A DNA stretch of 63,128 nt, the filler included, from Dicyema japonicum (Eukaryota > Animalia > Dicyemida), in NCBI GenBank assembly GCA_011109175.1. It is 11 parts of 11 records of this genome, joined end to end, with 100 filler letters (N's around TTAATTAATTAA, not from the genome) between each part and the next. Parts side by side here need not be neighbours in the genome. Positions count along the whole stretch, not along the records: positions 1 to 25,135 come from RDEW01000030.1; positions 25,236 to 27,261 come from RDEW01000377.1; positions 27,362 to 31,012 come from RDEW01000002.1; positions 31,113 to 36,341 come from RDEW01000040.1; 7 more parts are not named here. One strand, written 5' to 3'. Below the pieces are notes generated by a model. It was not told the origin of the DNA. It did not search any database and saw only the letters and a program-made list of their open reading frames with translations. Every line of letters begins with the position of its first letter. Positions within the stretch are counted from its first letter, which is position 1. Positions 24,190 to 36,441 of this stretch are shown piece after piece. Position numbers and translations under genes: made by a program.

Positions 24190-25091
24190 ATGGTCGATGT
24201 GTCATCGATTTATATAGATTTAGCAAAAACATACAAATTAAGCTCTAAAAAATCCGCGTTAAATAATAACGTTAATGAAAATATGATTGACATGGTGATT
24301 TAATAGGATTATTCCAGATTAATTCCCTTTATGACATCAAAAATATTGTTGGGAACTACATTACTGGTAAAATTGGCATGTGTGATGATGAGCTAAAAGA
24401 ATACATAAACAAGTTTAACAAAGTGGCAAAAACAACTAAACGTCTAACAACAAACATTACAATTAATAAAGAAATTATCTTATTTTCAGATATTTATATC
24501 AAAGGTTTTTTATATCAAAATTTAATTTAATTATAAACTTATTTTCAGAGTGTTTAAATATTTACAGCGAGTTAAGGGACGCTGAGGTAAAGCAGCTTTT
24601 ACGACGTGAGAAAATGTACTCATATCTCAGTTGCCAGAAAACGACTGGACTCGTTGTATGAAAGACCCAAGAATATAGATTTTACTCCCAAATACGAACA
24701 CGAGGAGGACATATTGAGTCCTCGAGATGTAAAGCTTGTATTTACTCTTTTAATTTTTTAGTTTACTGAGGAAAATCAGGAGATGGTAGAGAGGTTGAAT
24801 GTGTTGGAAGACCAAATAAATAGCGCAGAACAGACAGTTAATAAAATTGGCAAGTTGATGGATATGTTGGCCACGTGCACAGAACAGCAGGTTGGTGATG
24901 TTAATGACAAGTAGAAAGCGCAGGTAGAGAGAATATTGGATAATGTAGAGGGGGCGGAGGAAGAAATGAACTTGGGTAATAAAGAGATGGAGCTGGCATG
25001 TGTTGGTCAGACTGAATATAGAATATATTTTATTTTAATTGTCATTATTCTAACATTCTCTGTAGTATTCCTGCATTGGTATAATCCATAA
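24190..25091 (+). CDS. STX18: Syntaxin-18 (ER Qa-SNARE)
   Basis: MVDVSSIY start; ECLNIYSELR..EVKQL; FTEENQEMVERLNVLEDQINSAE SNARE helix; C-terminal TM YFILIVIILTFSVVFLHWYNP matching the STX18 FLDWY end; short introns. Confidence 0.85.
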
Positions 25092-25135
25092 TATATTATG
25101 TTTTATTTTTACAATAAAATACTGAGATTGTGTGT

Positions 25136-25235
25136 NNNNNNNNNNNNNNNNNNNNNNNNNNNNNNNNNNNNNNNNNNNNTTAATTAATTAANNNNNNNNN
25201 NNNNNNNNNNNNNNNNNNNNNNNNNNNNNNNNNNN
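25136..25235. other. Synthetic contig linker (also 27262, 31013, 36342, 43483, 53489, 56072, 58575, 60110, 61940; each 100 nt)
   Basis: Identical 44N-TTAATTAATTAA-44N pattern; TTAATTAATTAA gives a stop in all six frames. Confidence 0.97.
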
Positions 25236-25484
25236 AAAGTGTCCATTAGAGGAGATCTTCGTTTAAAAATAACACAAATAGAGTTAGATATCGAATCTTT
25301 GGTCAAAAAACATCAGTCACAGGGATCTCATTGGTATTTAATTTTTTTATTATAGATTTATGCTAAGATACCAACTTAACATAGACTATATACTTTTTAT
25401 GTTTGATTTAATTATTAACAATAAATTGATTTTAGATTCTTAACTAATTTTACTTAGAATTGTCTGTTCTAAATAAAAAAGTTT

Positions 25485-25561
25485 TAAGGGGTCGATTAAA
25501 TATTAGGGGGTCGAAATAAAAGTCAAGGGGTCGATGAGTACAAAAAGGTTGAGAACCCCTG
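25485..25561 (-). mobile_element. hAT-like terminus with GGGGTCGA subterminal repeats
   Basis: Reverse complement starts CAGGGGTTCTCAACCTTTTT; three ggggtcga repeats. Confidence 0.45.
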
Positions 25562-25859
25562 GACTAAATGATGGCATTTGTCTCCTCTCCAGTTCCAACC
25601 TCACACTGAAAGTCACTCACCCAGGATCAGCCTCTAAGAGAGACGAAACTTTAAAAAAATATAAAGTTACCTTTAAACAATAANAAAACAATTTTCTCTC
25701 AAAGTCACTGAAGATCAAACTGAAAATCACTGGAATAAAACTGAAATAACCAGGATGTAGAAAAATGGAGGAACACCCGAAACTCGTATTTTTACTTGAG
25801 GATTGAGAATATATCACACGATGAAAGATATTGGCCACAATAGCACTTAAAAATTACAA

Positions 25860-26560
25860 TTTATTTTAATGAGAAAAAATAAAATTCCTGCTAAAATGCG
25901 ATTACGCTTATATCATGGATTTGTCTGACCAGTCCTCATGTACATCGCAGGTACCTGGCGAACATCAAAGAAAGATTTGGAACAACTCTACTATTTCACA
26001 GAGGACAACTAAGAAAACTTCTAAAACCTCAAATAGTAAATTATACAGACTGATTGTTAGTGGATATAGGTCTGAATGTACTTGAAGCCGAATGTACTTT
26101 GGATATATTCTAGGAATGTAGGTATAAGCACCCTGCAATGCAGCCATGGAATAGGTTTTAGGCTAACTAAATTTTCTACATTCAGAGGACTTCCAAGAAG
26201 TAGTCTTCCCAAGACATTTGTGGAAGATTATGCTGTGACCGAGGCAGAATGATGGATGCAGTACATCTGGAAGAAATCAGGAGGCGAGTAAGACGACGAA
26301 GGGGATGGAGAAAGCTAACGACAAGAATTGTCGAAAACATGACATAAGCGAAACCCTGAACACTGTTTAATGGCAACGCTGATGNTGTGGAAGATTATGT
26401 TGTGACCGAGGCAGAATGATGGATGCAGTGGATCTGGAAGAAATCAGGAGGCGAGTAAGACGACGAAGGGGATGGAGAAAGCTAACAACAAGAATTGTCG
26501 AAAACATGACATAAGCGAAACCCTTAACACTGTTTAATGGCAACGTTGATGTGCATAACT
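25860..26560 (+). mobile_element. Decayed RTE 3' region
   Basis: KMRLRLY...RPVLMY.AGTW-like remnant as in the other RTE copies; duplication around N at 26385. Confidence 0.55.
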
Positions 26561-27361
26561 ACTCAATGATGAACTTGACTGAAAAAGATTTTATATATAA
26601 GATCAGCAAAATAAGCAGCATTCCAATAATTATCGCTAAAATCATTAAAATAATCAAAGATAGGTTATCTTTAGAATAATTAGGCCATTTTCGGGTGAAA
26701 TCATAAATCTTAATCTTTTTAATTTTCGTCAGACATTGCAGTAGATTCATGGGTTTCATTAGTCAGCTGCAAGAATTGCGGTAGATCCTAATGGGTAAAT
26801 CAGTAGATGTATGTTCCTGATAGAATTTCCATTAAATGACTCCACCTTTTCCTAAAGTAACTAATCTGATTGCTATTTAGAAACACCACGCTTATTGTTA
26901 AAACATAAATTTTAAATTTTGTTAGTTACCTCAGACAAATGCTTATTGGAGTCAGGGAATCCATCTACATAGAAGACATGAAGGATTTTAATAAGAGTTG
27001 GTCTTTCTCTTACATAATTTGTACATGAACCACTTTTTTATATTGACCTATAAAAAACCAGAAGTAAAAATTACAATTCCTCATTCTTGTAATAATCAAT
27101 TCCTCATTCTTTTTTAATTATTTTGAACAGTAAAATTTAATGTCACATCATTTAAGGCTTTAAACTTTTGTGAGTCTCAAAAATGATAAATCGAATTTAG
27201 ACTTAAAACCTCTTGGAAATTCGAAAGCCAAAATTTCTATATTGAAAAAATTGAATTAATTNNNNNNNNNNNNNNNNNNNNNNNNNNNNNNNNNNNNNNN
27301 NNNNNTTAATTAATTAANNNNNNNNNNNNNNNNNNNNNNNNNNNNNNNNNNNNNNNNNNNN

Positions 27362-27660
27362 TTCATTAAGTTCCATTTTAAATTGTATGGCACAGATCCT
27401 TTTGTTAACTTTCCAGTGGTTATACAAACGTGGGACAATGTCATTATGAATAGCAAAGCCTTGACCACAGTGTCTTGAATCAGAGGGAAGACTATTAGCA
27501 TACAGTTCTTCGTATAATCCGCCTGCCATCCTTATTTCCCTCAGACAACACATACCGATCCACAATATATGTGAATGTCCTAACGTAAAGTGTGTCTCTT
27601 TGTCACATCTTTAAGTCCTCTAGTGTTCAAAGTAAGAAGACTTAGTTATATTGAAGTCTC
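27362..27660 (-). mobile_element. RTE-type AP endonuclease fragment
   Basis: IGMCCLREIRM...GQGFAIH...VNKRICAIQF. Confidence 0.6.
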
Positions 27661-28179
27661 AAATTTTTTTTAGATATCAATATCTTCCATACACCCCTGT
27701 TATTAACTATAACTCCCAATGAGTCCAGGTCGTCAGCGGATTTTAGTTTTACGTTTTTGAGATCCTTTTGGAGGATGACTAGGAATTTTACCCTAAACCT
27801 TCCTTCCATGGAAACGGCCCTCTTGATGAGCGTCTTCCATAGCTCTAAGCGGCAAGGAAACCAATTCCATCTTCAGGATGTGCCAGAATACCCTCCAGCG
27901 AAACTCCATTATCTCCAGGCTTATTAGCTTACACCGCATTTCTTATAATTTTTTGCGTGAATTTCTGGTCCGCCAACCCATTCATATTATTTTTCTAAAA
28001 TAGTTCTTGTAGAAAGAGTCCAACCTCATACTTCATTTTTTGAGGATCCCTGGTTCCAATGTTGTACAGCAAAATAAGTTTTATAAGCGAATTGTATAAT
28101 AGTGACCTTAGTTTGATGCTGATTCCTTGTCAACATCAATCAGATTTCTCATTCTCTCCTTGTGCGCCTTCGGGGATCT

Positions 28180-28460
28180 AACGCAACTTCTCTGTGGGAG
28201 GGATGATTTTGAGAATAGAAATTGGAGAAAGATGATGTATACCATTCTCGAAGTTTTGGCTGTGTACTGTTGGGCGTTGCATTACCTGCACAGGGCAGAA
28301 AAACCCTACCCATTTAATCGGATAAGTTCTTCAAGTGATGAGGGGAGTAGTTTTTCTAGTTTCCTTAAGTGACTGTCAGAGACCGAATGTCGCTGATTTT
28401 CTGGTTGTTCGTCAAGGAGAGATTAATTCCCCAGGACGCGCAGGCAAAGCTTACAGATGG
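28180..28460 (-). mobile_element. LINE 3' fragment, same family as 36442-38900
   Basis: CASWGINLSLTNNQKISDI...RKLEKLLPSSLE matches 36442-36570. Confidence 0.7.
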
Positions 28461-31400
28461 CTCAATGAATTGTTTGTATAATAATTTCAATGCTGGGAAA
28501 GGGTCAATTAAAATAAAAATATAAAAAAATTATTTAATTTGCTTTTTTTTGATTTTAATTTAAAAATTCAGAAAACTCTTTTGTATGACTAATATATGGA
28601 AACACACATACCGCGTAATTTCAGAGTTTTTATAAAATTAAATTGGTTAGATTAGAAGGTCTTATAGCAATTGTCATCTTTGACAACAATGGTAATATCA
28701 TTTTCCGTGGTAATGCCTGGATATCATATTAAGTCGGATATAGCGTCCCATTTGAGGCTGGTTATGTTAGAAAATGTTGGAACTACAGGAGACTGTCGAT
28801 ATGTCTAAGTCAGCTGGAATTTGGGGAATTTCGATCATCCTACACATTCTACAAGGATTTTAAAGTTTTTTACAGAATTTATCCTTAGGCTTATAACTCA
28901 ATGGAAACTGGAGGTTATCTAGTATCGATAGTATCGTTCCCAGACGCAAATCTTGGTTATTTTGTTGTTTTATTTGTAGATTATTTGAGACAGAATGTTC
29001 GTGTTGTTAGAATCGCTGATATTGTGGTTAGACTAACTACAGGAATTAATAAATCAAATAAATACTAATATTTTTTTATTNNNNNNNNNNNNNNNNNNTA
29101 TTTATCAAATCTTAGTATCCGCCTATTCGGTTTACTGTATGGTCTCCAGTCAAAGTCATACCTATTGTTCTAACGTAGGAATGTGTCGTTTTGAAGGCTT
29201 ATAAATCTCACTTGGGAGCCATCGCAATCGCATTAGAACATACATTCAATCCGTTGTCTCCAAGAAGAAGTTGGAGAGCATGTTGGCGGAGGATAAATAT
29301 GAAGTGCGCAGTATCGAGAAAGATTTGCTTACAGCAACCAATCACCTGGTAAAATTATTAATCAGTAGAATGACGGTAACCTGAGTGAGGAGGAAACGGA
29401 TGGTTTTCAGGTCAGCGACTTCTCTTCTTAGAAGAAAAATAAAACCCGGTCTTTTTTAAATGTCTTCGACATTTTGAAAAATGATGAGTCTTGTGTAACT
29501 TCCAACAGACATGGTAGCCTCTATGGGCTCGACGTTTGCGAACCTCACTTGTGCTTTTGTTGGGTTATGGCTGACCGAAGGGGGTCTAGTCTCAAACAAT
29601 TTCTCACGGGGTAAGTATAACTTCTCCTTACAGCACATGGTTTTCTGAGTACTCCTCGGATCACAACATCTATCTCATCATGATCTTTAGACTCAATTGG
29701 TTAAGATCTCTCGTGTGGAATGTACTAGCATTGTCGATTTCACTACCTGACTGTTCATTATGTTTTATCATATATAAAGTCTACCGAACAGAGAAAACTC
29801 AAGAAATACTCAACCTTTCAAGATCGGATCCATTTCTCCCCAATCGCCTATAAAACCTGTGGAACGGTTAGAAGAATTGGTAAAGAAATTATCAATGAAA
29901 TATAGAATACATTCATGACTCGACTCAGTGACTCCCCGCAATCGAAAATAGTCAGGGAATCGTCATTACTCGGGGCAGTGGTAGCTGTCTTTGACAAACT
30001 AGATTTAACATGACATTTCATTCAAAAATGAAACTGAAAGAACTCAACGGGAGTAATTGGATAAACAGTACTTAAAAGACTTGTGAAAGATGATCATCCA
30101 AATTTTTTCAATTTGGATTCGGACGAGATTTGAATTATGGACTTGAAAAGGACTGCAGATTAATATTCGACTTGAATAGGATAATTCTTCGTTTTTAATT
30201 CTTAAGAGAGTCATGAAAATAAGGGATACAAAAAACGGAGCTTCATCCGTGCCATTGTGGATCTGTTGCAAAGTGCTTCACTCGCTTTCTTACAGTCTCA
30301 GTTGTGCCGATNAGATTTGAATTATGGACTTGAAAAGGACTGCAGATTAATATTCGACTTGAATAGGATAATTCTTCGTTTTTAATTCTTAAGAGAGTCA
30401 TGAAAATAAGGGATACAAAAACGGAGCTTCATCCGTGCCATTGTGAATCTGTTGTGGAGTGCAAAGTGCTTAACTCGCTTTCTTACAGTCTCAGTTGTGC
30501 CGATTCCCGTGCACGCCCCCATCAACTGGGTTGTGATCTTTTCTTGAGGCGACTAGATTCTCGTTATTTCTGGAACCGGTAGGGATGGATCCTGGAAGTG
30601 GAAAGCGCTCGCATGGGGGAGATATTAGATTTGGGAAGGGACCTGCATCGCCAATTCTCTCGTGAGAAATGCTTGATTTGGAATAGGGTCTGAATCGACA
30701 TTTTTCCCAGTCGAAACTTCCAGTTTCGCGTTAAAAGCATGGAAAGCTGCTTTAAATTTTTTAAAATATTAAAAAAATATTTTTTTCAAAAATTGTGGCA
30801 AATTTTACAATTGGCAAATATCATTGAAATAGAAAATTATGATAAAAATGGCAAATAAATTATTAGACTTTCAGTTTCGAGTTAAAAGCTTGGAAAGCGG
30901 CTTTAAATTTTTTAAAATATTAAAAAAATATTTTTTTCAAAAATTATGGCAAATTTTACAATTGGCAAATATCATTGAAATAGAAAATTATGATAAAAAT
31001 GGCTAATAAATTNNNNNNNNNNNNNNNNNNNNNNNNNNNNNNNNNNNNNNNNNNNNTTAATTAATTAANNNNNNNNNNNNNNNNNNNNNNNNNNNNNNNN
31101 NNNNNNNNNNNNGAGTCTATGGTATTAAAAATGGAAGAAAGATAAAGGCTCACTCGGTTCAGTGTATAATATCGACGCAGAATGTTGAAATCCGAATTGG
31201 TATGTCAATTATGACAGAAACAAAAGTTCAATGCAACAAACCTGATATTTTTGTAACGTAACGTAAAATATAAATAGCACTACCGCGTTGCCATAAGCAC
31301 CTACAAGTGCCTAGGGTTTCGCTCGTGTAAGCCACACAATTCTTTTTAAGTGCAAGAGAGAGAACAAAATATTTAAGTATTCTAATTAAATCCGAGTAAG

Positions 31401-31792
31401 GAGGTCCTTTTATTTTCCCGGTGGAGAGATAGAGAGCTAGGAGAGTGAGGAACAGGTAGCAAACTCTCCCCCTAAAAGGAGGAGAGAGATCTCCAACGAT
31501 AGAGAGTGAAAATCTTAGTTAAATAGTGTTAATTATCAACTGATTAATTTTGCAATACNTGGTTCGCAATAAATTGGATATGGATAAGTTAGTTGACAAA
31601 AAACTGAATATGTTGTGTCCTAAAAAAGTATTTTGTGGCTGACTAACGAAATCTCTAAATTTGGAAAAATTTTAATAGCAAAAAATTAAACTTGAAAAAA
31701 TTCTCTTGTGATTTATTTAATAAAACAAATTAGTAAACAAATTAATAACGAAAAATTTCTACTGATTGGACTGACGTGGTGTTTGTGAGCTA

Positions 31793-34700
31793 ATGAAAAT
31801 TTGTATCATTTGCAATACTTCGAACAGTCGTAAACGTTGGATCTACTGCGCAACTTGTTCGAATCCCTCCCACATGTCCTGTGCCAAAATGACCAAGAAA
31901 GCAACGTCCGCTATTTCCACCTGGAACTGTTCTTCATGCCTGGGCATAGTCCGAAGCAATCCTGTATGTCGTCCAAACTCTTCTGACCGGGCGCCGTCCG
32001 ACCCTGTTTCCATGCTGAAGCTCATTTCGGAGAGACGCAAATCCCGCACCATCCCCGTGAAGATCCCCAAGGCAGCTCGAGCTGCTGCGGCCGATGCTCT
32101 ATCATCTTGCATTGACACTGCGATCTTGTCTAAAGACGAACAGGACTGGATCCGTCTTCTGAGCTTTGCTCCCTGGGCTCTCGGTGCCCCTATAAATGCT
32201 GTTCGGGATTCGACGTCTCTAGCCACCCGAATGAAGAAAAGCATTCGTTCCTTCATGGCTCGGGAGTACTTCCCAGACTCACCCCCACTCCAATCATCAA
32301 AGTCGCACAAACAGTCTCATTGTAGCAAACATGAGAGCCCGGAAACCCAACAACTCCGCTTACGCAAAATTATCCATTCTAAACTTAGCGAGGGCGGAGT
32401 CCGGGCAGCCCTCAGAGTTATTTCGTCTGACAATGGACCACTCAACCCGTCTCGGTCAGTCTTTGAGTCTTTACTCGAAAAACATCCACCGTCACCCGCG
32501 GACCTACGCGTCTGTCCACATCCGGCCAAACAACCGCCTTTACTTTTTTCGGATGATGATGTTTCTTTCGGGATCCATTCTTTCGCACCGTGTAGCAGCG
32601 GAGGAGCCGACGGGCTCCGCCCGGGACATCTGAAGGACCTTATTGCCCACACCGTGGGTGAGTCCGGTACGCGTCTGCTCAAATCGATCACTTGTCTGAT
32701 AAATCGACTGCTCCAAGGAAATCTGCCGGATACTATCCGTCACATTCTTTTCTCAGCCAACCTCATCGCTTTTGGCAAAAAATGCGGAGGGATCCGCCCA
32801 ATTGCGGTCGGCTTCGTCTTCCGTCGGCTTGCAGCCAAGATCGCATGCAAGAAAATTATCCCCACCATCGCTGCAAAGCTCAGCCCAGTCCAGCTCGGGG
32901 TCGGCGTGCCTGGGGGATGTGAATCTGCTGTTCATGCTATCCGTACATTCTCAGATGCGTGCAGGAAATCCCCACATCCTAACATATTGATCAAGCTCGA
33001 CATCAGAAATGCATTCAACAGTATCCGACGGGACCGAGTTTTGGAGGCCTGCTCTGAGTACTGTCCTTCATTATTTGACATAACCTTCCAATCATACGGT
33101 CAAGCATCCTCCCTTATCTTTGAATCCGACACTATCCCGTCTGCTTCGGGAGTTCAACAGGGAGACCCTCTGGGGCCACTCCTTTTCTGTCTTGGAATCT
33201 CCGAGGTGACCAAGCTTATATCTTCCCCACTAAATCTTTGGTATCTTGATGACGCCACTCTCGGCGGCCCCCCGGACACCGTTCTGCAAGATTTAATAAA
33301 AATTATTCCGGCTCTGGAGAAAGTCGGCCTCAGTTTAAATTTTTCCAAATGTGAAATCTCTAACTTCGGGTGTTCGCAATCTGCCTTCGAAGACGCTGTT
33401 TGCTCATTCCGTGATCTTATCCCGGGAGTGCAATCTACTCCCATCAACGAACTTTTTATCCTCGGAGCCCCAGTGGCTGGCAATTCTATTGATGTGGCCC
33501 TACGCAAAAAGGAATCCTTTCTCGAGGCAGTTTTCGAACGTATCAGTCAGTTGGACTCACACACAGCATTATTCCTTCTACGAAATTGCTTTTCAATCCA
33601 AAAGCTCTCTTATTTGCTACGCTCTTCTCCGTGTTTTGCTTCTCCAGAGAGACTTTCCGCCATTGACCACCTTATCCGTACTTGTACTCAAAACATTTGC
33701 AATTCCCCCTTCGACGATAGGGGNNNNNNNNNNNNNNNNNNNNNNNNNNNNNNNNNNNNNNNNNNNNNNNNNNNNNNNNNNNNNNNNNNNNNNNNNNNNN
33801 NNNNNNNNNNNNNNNNNNNNNNNNNNNNNNNNNNNNNNNNNNNNNNNNNNNNNNNNNNNNNNNNNNNNNNNNNNNNNNNNNNNNNNNNNNNNNNNNNNNN
33901 NNNNNNNNNNNNNNNNNNNNNNNNNNNNNNNNNNNNNNNNNNNNNNNNNNNNNNNNNNNNNNNNNNNNNNNNNNNNNNNNNNNNNNNNNNNNNNNNNNNN
34001 NNNNNNNNNNNNNNNNNNNNNNNNNNNNNNNNNNNNNNNNNNNNNNNNNNNNNNNNNNNNNNNNNNNNNNNNNNNNNNNNNNNNNNNNNNNNNNNNNNNN
34101 NNNNNNNNNNNNNNNNNNNNNNNNNNNNNNNNNNNNNNNNNNNNNNNNNNNNNNNNNNNNNNNNNNNNNNNNNNNNNNNNNNNNNNNNNNNNNNNNNNNN
34201 NNNNNNNNNNNNNNNNNNNNNNNNNNNNNNNNNNNNNNNNNNNNNNNNNNNNNNNNNNNNNNNNNNNNNNNNNNNNNNNNNNNNNNNNNNNNNNNNNNNN
34301 NNNNNNNNNNNNNNNNNNNNNNNNNNNNNNNNNNNNNNNNNNNNNNNNNNNNNNNNNNNNNNNNNNNNNNNNNNNNNNNNNNNNNNNNNNNNNNNNNNNN
34401 NNNNNNNNNNNNNNNNCCTGAAGTGGCACTCGCTAGGATTGGAAATCCCGGAGGACCCGTATAGGCAAATTGTTTGGGACGAAGTCCGCCTTCAATCCCG
34501 CATCAAATCGTTCCGTAAATCCCTCGACCAACACCGTTTGGCCTGCTTTGAGACGGCCTGTCGTCCTCACAGCGGAGCCTGGCTAAATGCCACTCCACTG
34601 CCGAGTATTGGGAACCTTCTGGACAGTGAGTCCGTGAGGACTGGAATTTGTTTACGTCTCGGTCTTCGCCTATGCGAGCCACACGTCTGCCGTTGTGGTG

Positions 34701-34800
34701 TGAAAATCTGTCGCTTTGGACTGCACGCCTTATCGTGCAGACGCAGTGCTGGCCGTATCCCGCGGCACGCGGCTCTTAATGACCTTATCAGGAGAGCCCT
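31793..34800 (+). mobile_element. Near-complete CRE-clade retrotransposon ORF: PHD finger, RT, CCHC knuckle; RLE cut off by Merlin insertion; N gap 33724-34417
   Basis: C-x2-C-x11-C-x2-C-x4-H-x2-C-x13-W-x-C-x2-C; GGADGLRPGHLKD, GIRPIAVG, KLDIRNAFNSI, GVQQGDPLGPLLF, WYLDD, SGAWLNATP, CRCG...HALSC...RHAALND; no stops in the sequenced part. Confidence 0.92.
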
Positions 34801-36341
34801 GGGCGATATCGTGTTTTAGCGTCTTAAAATCATAAGGAACCAATTTTGATTAGAAATCGCAAATAAATTTATATTATTATATTATTTTTTAAAAATTATT
34901 ATAATTAAATTTATATGTACAATACTGTGGCAACCCTAAATTTAAATTTTTTTAAAACTACATTTTTTACAGCAACTTAGTAAAACATGAAAACAGTGAA
35001 AAACTCGAATTATTAGAACAAAGGATACTGAGAATTAATAGTTATTAACATTTTAATAAATGCATTCCCGCCTCCACAGGGATACGTATCATTTCTCCAC
35101 CGCCATTCAAATTCCGCCAGATAAGAATTAAAAAGAACACGGGATGTTCCATTCATTCTTTTTAGCTTTTTCTTGGCGTGAGACCACAATGACTCGCTTC
35201 CCTGCGTATGTGTGGAGCGATTGTTCTGGTCAACAAAATTGCGGCTGTGGTTGACTCTTAAATGATCGGCATATCCTAACAATTCGATTCTATTGTAGGA
35301 TGGCCAATAATCCGTACAGATAATCGATCCGGTCTGTAAATGAGTTTGGATTATTGGAATCAGCGTGTCTCGACTCCGATCACGAACTTCGACCAGAAAA
35401 ATATTCCTAGGGTTGCCCCTCTCTTTTCCACCAACAACGCAATGCCCTTTGTGCCAGGTATTTCTTGCGTATTTTCGATGAAAATATTTTGTTTCATCCA
35501 CTTCTACGACAATTGGCAACATAGTTTCTGGGTTAATTCCACCGAGAGAACAAGGATGGTCCTCGACCCATCTTACGCATACATCACCTAAAAAGTTGCC
35601 CCAATCAATTGATGTTTTTTTAAAGTCTGATCGAGATTCTTTGCTGCAGATAATCGTTTCTGAGTTGAGTGCCCAAAAATANTCCACTTCTACGACAATT
35701 GGCAACATAGTTTCTGGGTTAATTCCACCGAGAGAACAAGGATGGTCCTCGACCCATCTTACGCATACATCACCTAAAAAGTTGCCCCAATCAATTGATG
35801 TTTTTTTAAAGTCTGATCGAGATTCTTTGCTGCTGATAATCGTTTTTGAGTTGAGTGCCCAAAAATAGATATAGTCCAAAATTTGCTTCAATTCAAGATG
35901 ACTATGTGAGAAAAAGGTGCCATCTCGAATCGATTTTGAGAAATTGCATGTTTTACATTTCCACTTTAATTTGTCGAGTCGGGATTTGTCTGAAAGTAGA
36001 CGGCAATCCGTGCTGCAGTTTTCGCATTTCATCGAATTTTTGATTAGCTGATATTGAGCCAACCAATTGACCGTATCTTGCGTGGTCATTGTTATTTCCA
36101 CAAAATCTCGGTGATTCAATTCAAATAGTAACAAATCATATGTTGGTTGAGTATTATTAACAATAATAGTCGATGCAGACGGCATTCCACGAGACATTAT
36201 TCAAAAATACTGTTAAAGCGTTGCAGATAATAATTATTTTGATAATTATAATAATTTTTAAAAAATAATATTAATTTATTTGCGATTTCTAATCAAAATT
36301 AGTCCTTTATGATTTTAAGACGCTAAAACACGATATCGCCC
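34801..36341 (-). mobile_element. Merlin (IS1595/ISXO2-like) DNA transposon with long TIRs
   Basis: Left end GGGCGATATCGTGTTTTAGCGTCTTAAAATCATAA(G)GAACCAATTTTGATTAGAAATCGCAAATAAAT is mirrored at about 36272-36341; right TSD is hidden by the linker. Confidence 0.92.
35013..36197 (-). CDS. Merlin DDE transposase
   Basis: Zn ribbon CENC..C..CKTC; VEVDET, IICTDYWPSY, VNHSRNFVD, HTQGSESLW, SYLAEFEWR; the internal duplicated block around N 35682 is likely artefactual. Confidence 0.88.
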   Translation of the reverse strand: MSRGMPSASTIIVNNTQPTYDLLLFELNHRDFVEITMTTQDTVNWLAQYQLIKNSMKCENCSTDCRLLSDKSRLDKLKWKCKTCNFSKSIRDGTFFSHSHLELKQILDYIYFWALNSKTIISSKESRSDFKKTSIDWGNFLGDVCVRWVEDHPCSLGGINPETMLPIVVEVXYFWALNSETIICSKESRSDFKKTSIDWGNFLGDVCVRWVEDHPCSLGGINPETMLPIVVEVDETKYFHRKYARNTWHKGHCVVGGKERGNPRNIFLVEVRDRSRDTLIPIIQTHLQTGSIICTDYWPSYNRIELLGYADHLRVNHSRNFVDQNNRSTHTQGSESLWSHAKKKLKRMNGTSRVLFNSYLAEFEWRWRNDTYPCGGGNAFIKMLITINSQYPLF

Positions 36342-36441
36342 NNNNNNNNNNNNNNNNNNNNNNNNNNNNNNNNNNNNNNNNNNNNTTAATTAATTAANNN
36401 NNNNNNNNNNNNNNNNNNNNNNNNNNNNNNNNNNNNNNNNN

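Noticed and set aside
31843-33507. Antisense and alternate-frame ORFs over the CRE element
   Set aside because: Expected shadows of a GC-richer coding region; no motifs
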